Source: the human T2T-CHM13v2.0 reference genome, Homo sapiens. Taken from it: DNA of 64,000 nt. Each line of letters opens with the position of its first letter. Within the stretch, counting starts at the first letter, position 1. The stretch is from assembly GCA_009914755.4 (NCBI GenBank), contig CP068257.2:2688001-2752000 (forward strand), read 5' to 3'. Shown one piece after another: positions 29,501-43,100 of this stretch. A program made the position numbers and the translations under genes. The notes under the pieces were generated by a model. That model saw only the letters and a list, made by a program, of their open reading frames with translations, made no database searches and had not been told where the DNA came from.

Positions 29501-32500
29501 TTATGTGAGAGACAAACATTCAGAACTCAGCACCAATGTTCTGGAATCTTATGTGAGAGACAAACATTCAGAACTCAGCACCAATGTTCTGGAATCCTAT
29601 GTGAGAGACAAACATTCATACAACAGCGAGAGTGTTCTGCAATCCTAGGTAATGGACAAACATTTAGAAACCAGCAGCAGTGTTGTGGAATCCTATGAGA
29701 GGCACAAACATTCAGACCTTAGTAGAGTTATTCTGGAATCCCATGTGAGGGACAAACATTCAGAACCTCGTCGCAGTTTTCTGGAATTCTGTGTGAGGCA
29801 GAAACACTCTGAACCCAGAAGCAGTGTTCTGGAATCCTCTATGACAGACACACATGTAGACCTCAGCAGCTGTGTTCGGGAATCCTATGTGAGGGACAAG
29901 CATTCAGACCGCAACAGCATTATTGTGGAATCCCAAGTCAGGGACAATCATTCAGACCCTCGTAAGAGTGTTCTGGAATTTTGTGTGAGAGACAAACATT
30001 CAGACACTCATAGCAGTGTTCTGGAAAGCTATGTGAGGGAGAAACATTCAGACAACAGTAGGCGTGTTCTGGAATCCCCTGTGAGGAAAAACATTCATAC
30101 CCTCGTAGCAGTGTTCTGGAATCCTATGTGATGGACAAACATTTAGACCCCATCAGCAATGTTCTGGAATCCCGTGTGAGCAAAAAACATTCAGACGCTA
30201 GTAGCAGTGTTCCGGAGTCCTATGTAGGAACAAACACTCAGAACCCAGCAGCACTGTTCTGGAACGCTATGTGAGGGACAAAGATTCAGACCACAGCAGG
30301 ATTATACTGGAGTCCTATGTGAGGGACAAACACTCAGAACGGAGCAGGAGTGTTTTGGAATCCTATGTGTCAGACAAACATTCAGACACTCATAGCAGTG
30401 TTCTGGAATCCAATGCAAGAGACAAACTTTCAGACCACAGCAGCAGTGTTGTGGAATCCTCTGTGAGGAACAAACTTTCAGAATATCGTAGCAGTGTTCT
30501 GGAATCCTATGTGAGGGACAAACATTGAGATCCCAGCAGCAGTGTGCTGGAATCCTATGTGAAGGACAAACATTCAAACAACAGCGGGAGTGTTCTGGAA
30601 TCCTAACAAGTAGACACATTTAGACACCAGCAGCAGTGTTCTGGAATCCTATGTGAGGAAAAACATATTCAGACCCTCGTAGGGTTATTCTGGAATCCTA
30701 TATGAGGAACATATATTCAGACCCTCGTAGGATTATTCTGGAATCCTATGTGATTCAGACACCAGGAGCAGTGTTCTGGAATCCTATGTGTGAGACAAAC
30801 ATTCAAACAACAGTGTGAGTGTTCACGAATCCTATGTGACGGACAAACATTCAGACCTTCCTCTCAGTGTTTGGAATTCTATGTGAGGGAGAAACACTCA
30901 GAACCCAGCAGGAGTGCTCTGGAATCCTATGTGACGGACATACATGTAGACCCCAGCAGCAGTGTCCTCGAATCTCATGTGAGGGAGAAACATTCAGACC
31001 CCAGGAGCAGTGTTCTGGAATCCTATGTGAGGACAATGATTCAGGTCCTCGTAGCAGTGTTCTGGTATTCTGTGTGAAGTACAAACTTTCAGACTCTCTT
31101 ACCACTGTTCTGCAATCATGTGTGAGAGAAAAACATTCAGACCCACAGCAGGAGTGTTCTGGAATCACCTGTGAGGAACAAACATTCAGATCCTCCTAGC
31201 ACTGTTCTGGAATCCTGTGTGACGGACAAACATTTAGACGCCAGCAGCAGTGTTCTGGAATCCTAATTGCGGGACAATCATTCAGACCCTTGTAGCAGTG
31301 TTATGGAATCCTTTGTGAGGGACAGACATTTAGAACCCAGCGACAGCATTCTGGAACACTATGTGAGTGAGAAACATTCAGACCACAGCAGGATTGCTCT
31401 GGAATCCTATGTAAGGGACTAATATTCAGACCTTCGTAGCAGTGTTCTGGAATCCTAAGTGAGGGACAAACATTCAGACAATCGTAGCAGTGTTCCAGAA
31501 TCCTATGTGAGGGACATTCATTCAGACGTTCGTAGCTGCGTTGTGGAATTCTGTGTAAGAGCCATATATTGAGATCCTCAAAGCCGTGTTCTGGAATCCT
31601 ACGTGAGGGACAAACATTCAGACCACAGGAGGATTGTTCTGGAATCCTCTGTGAGGAAAAAACATTCAGACCCTCGTAGCAGTGTTCTGGAATCCTATGT
31701 GAGGGACGAACCTTTAGACCCCAACAGCAGTGCTCTTGAATCCTACGTGAGGAAAAAACATTCAGACACTCGTAACATTGTTCTCGAATCACATGTGAGG
31801 GACAAACATTCAGATAATCTTAGCCATGTTCTGGAATCCTATGTGAGGGACAAATATTCAGACCCCAGCAGCGTTCTGGAATCCTATGTGAGGAACAAAC
31901 ATTCAAACAACAGTGGGAGTGTTGTCGAATCCTATGTAACAGACAGACTTTCAGAACCTCGTCGCAGTGTTCTGGAATTCTGTGTCAGAGAGAAACACTC
32001 AGAACCCAACAGGAGTGTTCTGGAATCCTATGTGATGGACATACATGTAGACGTCAGCAGCAGTGTTCTTGAATCATATGTGAAGACAAACATTCAGATC
32101 TCAAAAGCAGTGTTCTGGAATCCTCTGTGAGGGTCAATCATTCAGACCCTTGTAGCAGTGTTCTGGAGATGTTTGTGAGGGAGGAAGCTTCAGACCCCCT
32201 TAGCAGTGTTCTGGAGATGTTTGTGAGGGAGGAAGCTTCAGACCCCCATAGCAGCGTTCTGGAAGCCTATGTGAAGGACAAACATTCGGACTAGAGAAGG
32301 ATTGTTCTGGAATCCAATGGGAGGAACAAATATCCGGACCCTCGTAGCATAGTTCTGGAATCCTATGTGACGGACCAACATTTAGAGCCCAGCAGCAGTG
32401 CTCTGGAATCTCAAGTGAGGGACAAACATTCAGACACTCAGTGCAGTGTTCTAGAATCCTATATGAGGGACAAACATTGAAACAATCGTAGTAGTGTTCA

Positions 32501-35500
32501 GGAACCTATGTGAAGGACAAACATACAGACCCCAGCAGCAGTGTTTTGGAATCCTATGTGGGGGACAAACATTCAAACAACAGCAAGAGTGTTCTGGAAT
32601 CCTCTGTTACAGAGAAACATTCAGATCCTCGTCGCAGTGTTCTGGAATTCTAACTGAGGGAGAAACACTCTGAACCCAGCAGCAGTGTTCTGGAACCCTA
32701 TGTGACAGACATACATGTAGACCCCAGCAGCAGTGTTCTGGAATCCTATGTGAGGGACAAATATTCAGACAGCAGCCGTAGTATTCTGGAATCCTATGTG
32801 AAGGATAGTCATTCAGACCCTCATAGCAGTGTTCTGGAATTCTCTGTGTGGGACAAACATTCAGACCCTCATAGCAGTGTTCTGGAATCCCCGGTGAGGA
32901 ACAAACATTCAGAGCCTCATATCAGTGTTCTGGAATCCTATGTGACGGACAAACATTAAGACCCCAGAAGCAGTTTTCTGGAATACTGTGTGAGGAACAA
33001 ACATTCAGACCCTGGTAGTAGTGTTCTGGAATCCTATGTGAGAGACAAACACTCAGAACCCAACAGCAGTGTTTTGGAACCCTATGTGAGGGTCAATCAT
33101 TCAGGCCACAGCAGGATTATGCTGGAGTCCTATGTGAGGGACAAACACTCAGAACATAGCAGAAGTGTTTTGGAATCCTATGTGAGGGAAAAACTTTCAG
33201 ACACTCGTAGCAGTGTTCTGGAATCCTATGTGGGAGACAAACATTCATACAATCTTAGCAGTGTATGGGAATTCTTTGCGAGGGACAAACATTCAGACCC
33301 CAGCAGCAGTGTTCCAGAATCCTATGTGAGCTATAAACATTGATACAACAGTGGGAGTGTTCTGGAATCCTATGTTACGGACAAACATTCAGACCCTCGT
33401 CACAGTGTTCTGGAATTCTATGTGAGGGAGAAACACTCAGAACCCAGCAACAGTGTACTGGAATCCTATGTGACGGACATACATGTAGACCCGAGCAGCA
33501 GTGTTCTGGAATACTATGTGAGGGACAAACATTCATAACACGGCAGGAGTGCCCTGGAATCCTATGTGAGGGAAAACATTCAGACAATCGTAGCAGTGTT
33601 TTGGAATCCTATGTGAGGGACTAACTTTCAGACCCCATCAGCAGTGTTCTGGAATCCTATATGAGGGACAAACATTCAAACTACAGAGGCTGTGTTCTGG
33701 AATCCTAAGTTATGGACAAAAATTCAGATCCTCTCCGCAGTGCTCTGGAATTCTATTTGAGGGAGAAACAATCAGAACCCAGCAGCAGTGTTCTCGAATC
33801 CTACATGAGGGACATACATTCAGACCACAGCAGCAGTGTTCTAGAACCCTATGTGAGGGACAAGCATTCAGACCGTCGCAGCAGTGTTCTCGAATTCTGT
33901 GTGAAGGACAAAGATTCAGACCATCAGAGCAGTGTTCTGGAATCCTTTGTGAGGGACAAACATTCAGACCACAGCAAGAGTCTTCTGGAATCCTCTGTGA
34001 GGAACAAACATTCAGAACCTCATAGCAGTGTTCTGGAATCCTATGTGATGGACAAACATTTAGACCTCAGAAGCAGTGTTCTGTAATCCTGTGAGAGACA
34101 AACATTCAGACACTCGTTGCAGTGTACAGGAATCCTGTGTGAGGGAAAAGAACTCAGAACCCAGCAACAGTGTCCTGGAACCCTATGTGAGGGACAAACA
34201 TTCAGGCCACAGCAGGATTGTTCTGGAATCCTACGTGAGGGACAAACACTCAGAACACAGCGGGAGTGTTTTGGAATCCAATATGAGGGAGAAATATTCA
34301 GACCCTCATAGCAGTGTTCTGGAATCCTAGGTGAGGGACAAACATTCAGAAAATCGTAGCCATGTTCTGGAATCTCAAGAAAGGGAAATAAATTCAGACC
34401 CCAGCAGCAGTGTTTTGTAATCCTATGTGAGGGAGAAACATTGAACCAAGATCAGGAGTGTTCTGCAATCCTTGGTTATGGACAAATATTCAGAACCTCG
34501 TCTCAGTGCTCTGGAATTCTATGTGAGGTAGAAACAGTGAGAACCCAGCAGCAGTATTCTGGAATCCTATGTGAGGGAAAATCATTCAGACCCCAGCAGG
34601 AGTGTTCTGGAATCCTATGTGAGGGAAAATCATTCAGACCCCAGCAGGAGTGTTCTGGAATCCTATGGGAGGGACAATCATTCAGACAATCGTAGCAGTG
34701 TTCTGGAATCCTATGTGAGGGGCAAACATACAGACACTTGTAGCAGTGTTCTGGAATCCTATGTAAGTGACAAATATTCAGACCCTTGTAGCATTGTTCT
34801 GGAATCCTATGTGAGGGACAAACATTGAGACAATCGTAGCTGTGTTCTCGAATCCTATGTGAGGGAGAAACATTCAGACTACAACAGCAGTGTTCTGGAA
34901 TCCTATGTGAGGGACAAACATTCCAACAACAGAGTGAGTGTTCTGGAATCCTAAATTACGGACATACATTCAGAAATTCGTCTCAGTGATCTGGAATTAT
35001 ATGTGAGGGTGAAACACTCAGAAACCGGCAGCAATGTTCTTAAATCCTATGTGACAGACATACATGTAGACGGTAACAGCAGTGTCCTGTAATTCTGTGT
35101 GATGGAAAAACATTCAGACACTCATAGCAGTGTTCTGGAATCCTATTTGAGGGACAAACATTCAGACCACAGCTGGAGTGTTCTGCAATCCCCTGTGAGT
35201 AACAAATACTCAGATCCTAGTAGCAGTGTTCTGGAATCCTATATGAGGGACAAACATTCGGATCCTCTTAGCAGTGATCTGGAATCCTATGTGAGGGTAA
35301 ATCATTCAGAACCTAGTTGCAGTGTTCTGGAATCCTATATGAGGGACAAACATTCGGATTCTCTTAGCAGTGTTCTGGAATCCTATGTAACGGACAAACA
35401 TTAAGACCCCAACTGCAACTGCAGTGTTCTGGAATCCCATGTGAGGGACAAGCATTCAGACCCTTGTAGCAGTGTTCTGGATTCCTATGTGAGGGAGAAA

Positions 35501-38500
35501 CACTCAAAACCCAGCAACAGTGTTCTGGAACCCTATGTGAGGGACAAACATTCACACCACAGCAGGATTGTTCTGGAATACTATGTGAGGGACAAACAAT
35601 CAGAAAATAGCAGGAGTGTTTTGGAATCGTGTGTGAGGGACAAACATTCGGATCCTCTTAGCAGTGTTCTGGAATCCTATGTGACGGACATACATGTAGA
35701 ACCCAGCAGCAGTGTTCTGAAGGCCTATGTGAGGGACAAACATTCAGACCCCAGGAACAGTCTTCGGGAATCGTATGTGAGGGTAAATCATTCAGAACCT
35801 CGTAGCAGTGTTCTGGAATTCTGTGTGAGGGACAAACATTCAGACCACAGCAGCAGTATTCTGGAATCCTATGTGAGGGAAAAACATTCAAACAACTGCA
35901 GGTGTGTTCTGGAATCCTATGACAAGGAAAAACATTCAGACCCTCCTCTCAGTGTTCTTGAATTCTATGTGAGGGAGAAACACTCCGATTCCTGTAGCAG
36001 TGTTCTGGAACCCTATGTGACAGACCTACATGTAGACTCCAGCAGCAGTGTTCTGGAACCCTATGTGAGGGACAATCATTCCGACCCTCGTGGCAGTGTT
36101 CTGGAATTTTGTGTGAGGGATAAACATTCAGACCCCAGCGCGAGTGTTCTGGAATCCCATGTGAGTGACAAGCATTCAAACAATCTTAGCAGTGTTCTGG
36201 AATCCTATATGAGAGACAAACTTTCAGACCCTCGTAGCAGTATTCTGGAATCCTATGTGGGGGCAAACATTCAATCATAGCAGTGTTCAGGAATCCTATG
36301 TGAGGGACAAACATTTAGACTGTCGTAGCAGTGTTCTGGAATCCTATGTGAGGGACAAGCATTCAGACAATCGTAGCAGGGTTCTGGAATCCTATGTGAG
36401 GGACAAACATTCAAAAAACAGAGAGATTGTTCTGGAACCCTATGTTACGGACAAACATTGAGACCGTCGTTGCAGTGTTCTGGAATTCCCTGTGAGGGAC
36501 AAAAACTCGGAACCCAGCGGCAGTGTTCTGGAATCCTATGTGAGGGACAAACATTCAGACTCCAGCAGCAGTGTTCTGGAATCCCATGTGAGGGACAATC
36601 ATTCAGACCATCATAGCCGTGTTTTGGAATTCTGTGTGAGGGACAAACATTCAGACCGTCGTAACAGTTTTCTGCAATCCTGTGTGAGGGGAAAACATTC
36701 CGACCACAGCAAGAGTGTTCTGGAATCCCCTGTGAGGAACAAACATTCCGACCCTCATAGCAGTGTACTGGAATCTTATCTGATGGACAAATATTTAGAA
36801 CCCAGCAGCAGTGTTCTGGAATCCTATGTGAGTGACAAACACTCAAAACATAGCAGGAGTGTTTTAGAATACTATCTGAGGGATAAACAATCTGACCTTC
36901 ACAACAGTGTTCTGGAATCCTGTGTGAGGGATAAACATTCAGACCCTGATAGCAGTGTTCTGGAATCCTATGTGAGGGACAAACATTCAGACCACAGCAG
37001 GACTGTTTTGGAATTCCCTTTGAGAAACAAACTTTTAGACCCTCATAGCTGTGTTCTGCAATCCTGTGTGTGGGACAAAATTTCAAAACCTCGTAGCAGT
37101 GTTCTGGAATCCTATGTGAGGTACAAACATTCAGACAATCGTAGCAGTGTTCTGGAATCCCATGTGAGGGACAAACATGCAGACCCTCGTAAGAGTGTTC
37201 TGGAATCCTATGTGAGGGACAAACTTTCAGACAGTCGTAGCAGTGTTCTGGAATCCAATGTTAGTGACAAACTTTCAGACCCCAGCAGCAGTGTTCTGGA
37301 ATCCTATTTGAGGGACAACCATTCAGACACTTTCAGCAGTGTTCCAGAATCCTGTGTCAGGGACAAACATTTTGACCACTGCAGGACTCTTCTGGAATCC
37401 CTTGTGGGGAACAAACATTCAGACCCTCGTAGGTGTGTTCTGTAATCCTATGTGACTGACACACATTTAGACCACAGCAGCAGTGTTCTGGAATCCCATG
37501 TGAGGGACAAACATTCAGACACTCGTAGCAGTGTTCTGGAGTCCTGTGTGAGGGACAAAAATTCAGGCCACACCAAGAGTGTATTGGAATCCCCTGTGAG
37601 GAACAAACATTTTGAACCTCCTAGCAGTGTCTGGAATATTATCTGACGGAAAAACATTTAGACCCCAGCAGCAGTATTATAGAATCTCATGTGAGGGACA
37701 ATATTTCAGAACGTCATAGCAGTGTTCTGGAATATTATATGAGTGAAAAATATTCAAACATCCTCGGGAGTGTTCTGGAATCCTATGTCACGGACAAGCA
37801 TTCAGAGCCTCGTCGCAGTGTTCTGGAATTCTATGTGAGGGAGAAACACTCAGAACCCAGAAGCAGTGTTCTAGAATCCTATGTGAAGGACATACATGTA
37901 GACCATAGCAGCAGTGCTCTGGAATCCTTTGTGACAGACAAACATTCAGACCCCAGCAGCAGTGTTCTGGAATCCTGTGTGAGGGACAGACATTCAGACC
38001 CCAGCCGCAGTGTTCTGGTATCCTATGTGATGGACAGTCATAAAGAACCTCGTAGCAGTGTTCTGGAATTCTTTGTGAGGGACAAACATTCAGACACTCA
38101 TAGCAGTGATGTGGAATCCCATGTGAGTGACAAACATTCAGACCACAGCAGAAGTGTTCTGGAATCCCCTGTGAGGAACAAACATTCAGACTCTCGTAGT
38201 AGTGTTCTGGAATCCTATTTGAAGGACAAACATTTAGGCCCAAGCAGCAGGGTTCTTGAATCCTATGTGAGGGACAAATATTCAGACCCTGGTAGCACTG
38301 TTCTGGCTTCCTTTCTGAAGGACAAACATTCAGTCCACAGCAGGAGTGTTCTGGAATCCTAAGTGAGGGACAAACATTCACACCCTCGTAGCAGTGTTCT
38401 GGAATCCTATGTGAGGGACAAACATTCAAATAAATACTTGAGTGTTTTTGAATCCTATGTTACGGACAAACATTCAAACCCTCGTCGCAGTGTTCTGGAA

Positions 38501-38849
38501 TTGTTTGTGAGTGAGAAACACTCAGAAACCAGCAGCAGTGTTCTGGAATCCTATGTTTCGGACATAAATGTAGACCCCAGCAGCAGTGTTCTGGAATCCT
38601 AAGTGAGGGACAAACATTCAGACCCTAGCAGCAGCATTCTGGAATCCTATTGAGGGACAAAAATTCTGACCCTCATCTCAGTGGTCTGGAATTCTAGGTG
38701 AGGAAGAAACTCAGACAATCGTAGCAGTGTTCTGGAATCCTATGTGAGGGACAAACATTCAAACAACAGCGGGAGTGCTCTTGAATCATATGTTATGGAC
38801 AAACACTCAGACCCTCGTAGCAGTGTTCTGGAATCCTATGAGAGGGACA

Positions 38850-40100
38850 AACATTCAGACCCTCCAGGTTTGTTCTGGAATCCTATTGAGGGACAAATAT
38901 TAAGACAATCATAACATTGTACTGGAATCCTGTGTGAGGGACAAACATTCAGTCCCCATTAGCAGTGTTCTGGATTCCTATGTGAGGGACAAACATTCCC
39001 ACAACAGCGGGAGTGTTCTGTAATCCTATGTTACGGACAAACATTCAGACCCTCATCGCAGTGTTCTGGAATCCTATGTGAGGGAGAAACACTTATAAAC
39101 CAGCTGCAGTGTTCTGGAATCTTATGGGATGGACACACATGTAGACCCCAGCAGCATTGTTCTGGAATCCTGTGAGACGGACAAACATTCAGACCCCAGC
39201 AGCAGTGTTCTGGAATCCTAGAGTAGGGATAATCATTAAGATCCTGGCTGCAGTGTTCTGCAATTCTGTGTGAGGGACAAACATTCAGAGCCTCATAGGA
39301 GTGTTCTGGAATCCTATGTGATTGACAAACATTCAGACCACAGCAGGAGTGTTCTGGAATCCCCTGTGAGGAACAAATATTCAGACCCTCGTGGCAGTGT
39401 TCTGTAATCCTATGTGAGGGACCAACATTTAGACCACAGCAGCAGTGTTCTGGAATCCTATGTGAGGGACAAACATTCAAACAACAGCGGGAGTGTCCTT
39501 GAATCATATGTTACGGACAAACATTCAGACCCGCGTAGCAGTGTTCTGGAATCCTTTGAGAGGGACAAACATTCAAACAACTGCGGGAGTGTTCTGTAAT
39601 CCTATGTTATGGACAAATATTAATATAATCGTAACATTGTTCTGGAATCCTGCGTGAGGGACAAACATTCAGTCCCCATTAGCAGTGTTCTGGATTCCTA
39701 TGTGAGGGACAAACATTCAAACAACTGTGGGAGTGTTCTGTAATCCTATGTTATGGACAAATATCAGACCCTTGTCGCAGTGTTCTGGAATTCTATGTGA
39801 GGGAGAAACACTTAGAAACCAGCAGCACTGTTCTGGAATCCTATGGGATGGACACACATGTAGACCCCAGCAGCATTATTCTGGAATCCTATGAGACAGA
39901 CAAACATTCAGACCCTAGCAACAGTGTTCTGGAATCCTAGAATAGGGATAATCATTCAGACCCTGGTAGCAGTATTCTGGAATTCTGTGTGAGGAACAAA
40001 CATTCAGAGCCTCATAGCAGTGTTCTGGAATCCTATGTGATTGACAAACATTCAGACAACAGCAGGAGTGTTCTGGAATCCTCTGTGAGGAACAAACTTT
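38850..40100. repeat. Local higher-order repeat: a roughly 710-720 bp (about 15-monomer) unit present in two tandem copies
   Basis: The segment 38850-39560 realigns to 39590-40100 at roughly 90% identity by eye. Both include the idiosyncratic monomers ...aatattaa[gt]a[ct]aatc[ag]taacattgt[at]ctggaatcctg[tc]gtgagggacaaacattcagtccccattagcagtgttctggattcctatgtgagg... and ...gggatggacacacatgtagaccccagcagcatt[ga]ttctgg... and ...cctaga[ga]tagggataatcatt[ac]ag[ac][tc]cctgg[ct][at]gcagt... Confidence 0.75.
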
Positions 40101-43100
40101 CAGACCCTCTTAGCAGTGTTCTGTAATCCTATGTGAAATCATCCTATGTGACAGACAAACATTTAGACCCCAGCAGCAGTGTTCTGGAATCCTATGTGAG
40201 GGAGAAACATTCAGACCCTCATAGCAGTGTTCTGGAATCCTACATGAGCGACAAACACACTGAAACCAGCAGCAGTGTTCTGGAACCCTATGTGAGGGAT
40301 AAACATTCAGACCATGCCAGGATTGTTCTGGAAACCTATGTGAAGGACCAACACTCCGAACCCAGCAGAAAGGTTTTGAAATCCTGTGTGAGGGACAAAC
40401 GTTTAGACCCTCGTAGCAGTGTTCTGGAATCATATGTGAGGGACAAACATTCAGACCCTCGTAGCAGTGATCTGGAATTCTATGTGAGGGACAAACATTC
40501 AGACATTGGTAGCATTGTTCTGGAATCCAATGTGAGGGACAAACATTCTGACCCTCATAACAGTGTACCAGAATCCTGTGTTAGGAACGAACATTCAGAC
40601 CACAGCATTAGTGTTCCGGAATCCCCTGTGAGGAACAAACATACAGACCCTCGTAGTAGTGTTCTGGAATCCTATGTGACGGCCAAATATTTATACCCCA
40701 GCAGCAGTGTTCTGGAATCCTCAGTGAGGAAAACCATTCAGAATCTTGTAGCAGTTTTCTGGAATCCTATGTGAGGGACAAACATTTAGACCACAGCGGG
40801 ATTGTTCTGGAATGATATGTGAGGGACAAACACTAAGAAAATAACAGGAATGTTTTGGAATCCTATGTGAGTGACAAAAATTCAGACCCTCGTAGTAGTG
40901 TTCTGGAATCGTATGTGAGGGACAAGCATTCAGACCACAGCAGGAGTGTTCTGGAATCCTATGGGAGGGACATACATTCAAACCCTAGTTAGCAGTGTTC
41001 TGGAATCCTATGTGAGGGAAAAGCATTCAGAGTTTTGTAGCAGTGTTCTGGAATCCTATGTGAGGGACAAACATTCAGACCCTCAAAGGAGTATTCTGGA
41101 ATCCTATGTGAGGGACAAACATTGAGATAATCATAGCAGTGTGATGGAATCCTATGTGAGGGACAAACATTCAGACCCCAGCAGCAGTGTTCTGGAATCC
41201 TATGTGAGTGATAAACATTCAAACAACAGCGGGAGTGTTCCATAATCCTATGTTACAGACAAATATTCACACCGTCTTCACAGTGTTCTTGAATTCTATG
41301 TGAGGGACAAACCCTCAGAAATGAGCAGCAGTGTTCTGGAACCCTGTGTGAGGGTCAAAATTTCAGACCACAGCAGGATTGTTCTGTAATCCTATGTTAC
41401 GGACAAACATTTAGACCTCAGCAGGAGTGTTCTGGAATTCTATGCGAGGCACAGTCATTCGTACCCTCGTAGCAGTGTTCTGGAATTCTGTGTGAGGGAC
41501 AAGCATTCAGAACGTCGTAGCAGTGTTCTGGAATCCTATGTGAAGGACAACCATTCAGACCACAGGAAGAGTGCTCTGGAATCCCCAGTGAGGAACAAAC
41601 ATTCAGACACTAGTAAAAGTGTTCTGGAATCCTATGTGACAGACAAACATTCAGACCCCAGCAGCAGTGTTCTGGAGTTTTATGTAAGGGAAAAACGTTC
41701 AGACAATCATAGCAGAATTCTGGAATCCTATGTGAGGGACAAACATTCAGACCTCAGCTGCTGCGTTCTGGAATCCTATGTGAGGGACAAACATTCATAC
41801 AACAGTGGGAGTGTTCTGGAATCCTATGTTACAGGCAAATATTCAGACCCTCGTCCGAGTGTTCTGGAATTCTATGTGAGGGAGAAACATTCAGAACCCA
41901 CCAGCATTGTTCTGGAATCCTATGTGACGGACAGACATGCAGACCCCAGCAGCATTGTTCTGGAATCTTATGTGACGGTCAGACATGTAGACCCCAGCAG
42001 CATTGTTCTGGACTCCTATGTGAGGGATGATCATTCAGACCCTCGTTGCAGTGTTTCGGAATTCTGTGTGAGTGAGAAACATTCAGACCCTTGTAAAAGT
42101 GTTCTGGAGCCCTGTGTGAGGGACAAACATTCAGACCACAGCAGGAGTGTTCTGGAATCCACTGTGAGGAACAAACATTCCAACCCTCGTAGCAGTGTTC
42201 TGGAATCCTAAGTGATGGATAAACATTTAGACCCAGTAGCAGTGTTCTGGAATCCCCAGTGAGGAACAAACATTGAGACAATCGTAGCAGTTTTCTGGTA
42301 TTCTATGTGAGGGACAAACATTCAGACCCCAGCAGCAGTGTTCCGGAATCCTATGTGTGGGACATACATTCAGACGCCAGAAGCAGTGTTCTGGAATCCT
42401 ATGTGAGGGAGAAACATTCAACCAACAGCGGGAGTGTTCTGAAATCCTATGTTAAGGACAAACATTCAGACCCTAGTTGCAGTGTTCTAGAATTCTATGT
42501 GAGGGAGAAACACTCAGAAACCTGCAGCAGTGTTCTGGAATCTAGGTGACGCCCATAAATCTACACCCCAGCAGCAGTGTGGTGGAATCCTATATGATGG
42601 ACAAACATCCAGAACCCAGCAGCAGTGTTCTGGAATCCTATGTGAGGTAAAAACATTCAGACCCCAGCAGCAGTGTTCTGGAATCCTATGAGAGGGACAA
42701 TCATTCAGACCCTTGTAGCAGTATTGTGGAATTCTGTGTGAGGGATAAACATCCAGAAACTCACAGCAGTGTTCTGGAATGCTCTGTGAGGTACAAACAT
42801 TCAGACCCTCGTAGCAGTGTTCTGGAATACTACGTGAGGGACAAACATTGAGACCTCATAGCAGTGTTCTGGAATCCTATGTGACAGACAAACATTTAGA
42901 TGGCAGCAGCAGTGTTCTGGAATCCTATGTGAGGTACAAACATTCAGAACACTGCAGAAGTGTTCTGGAATCTCCTGTGAGGAAGAAACTTTTAGACCCT
43001 CATAGAAGTGGTCTGGATTCCGATGTGATGGACAAACATTTAGACCCCAGCAGCAGTGTTCTGGAATCCTATGTGAGAGACAAACATTCAGAACCTCGTA

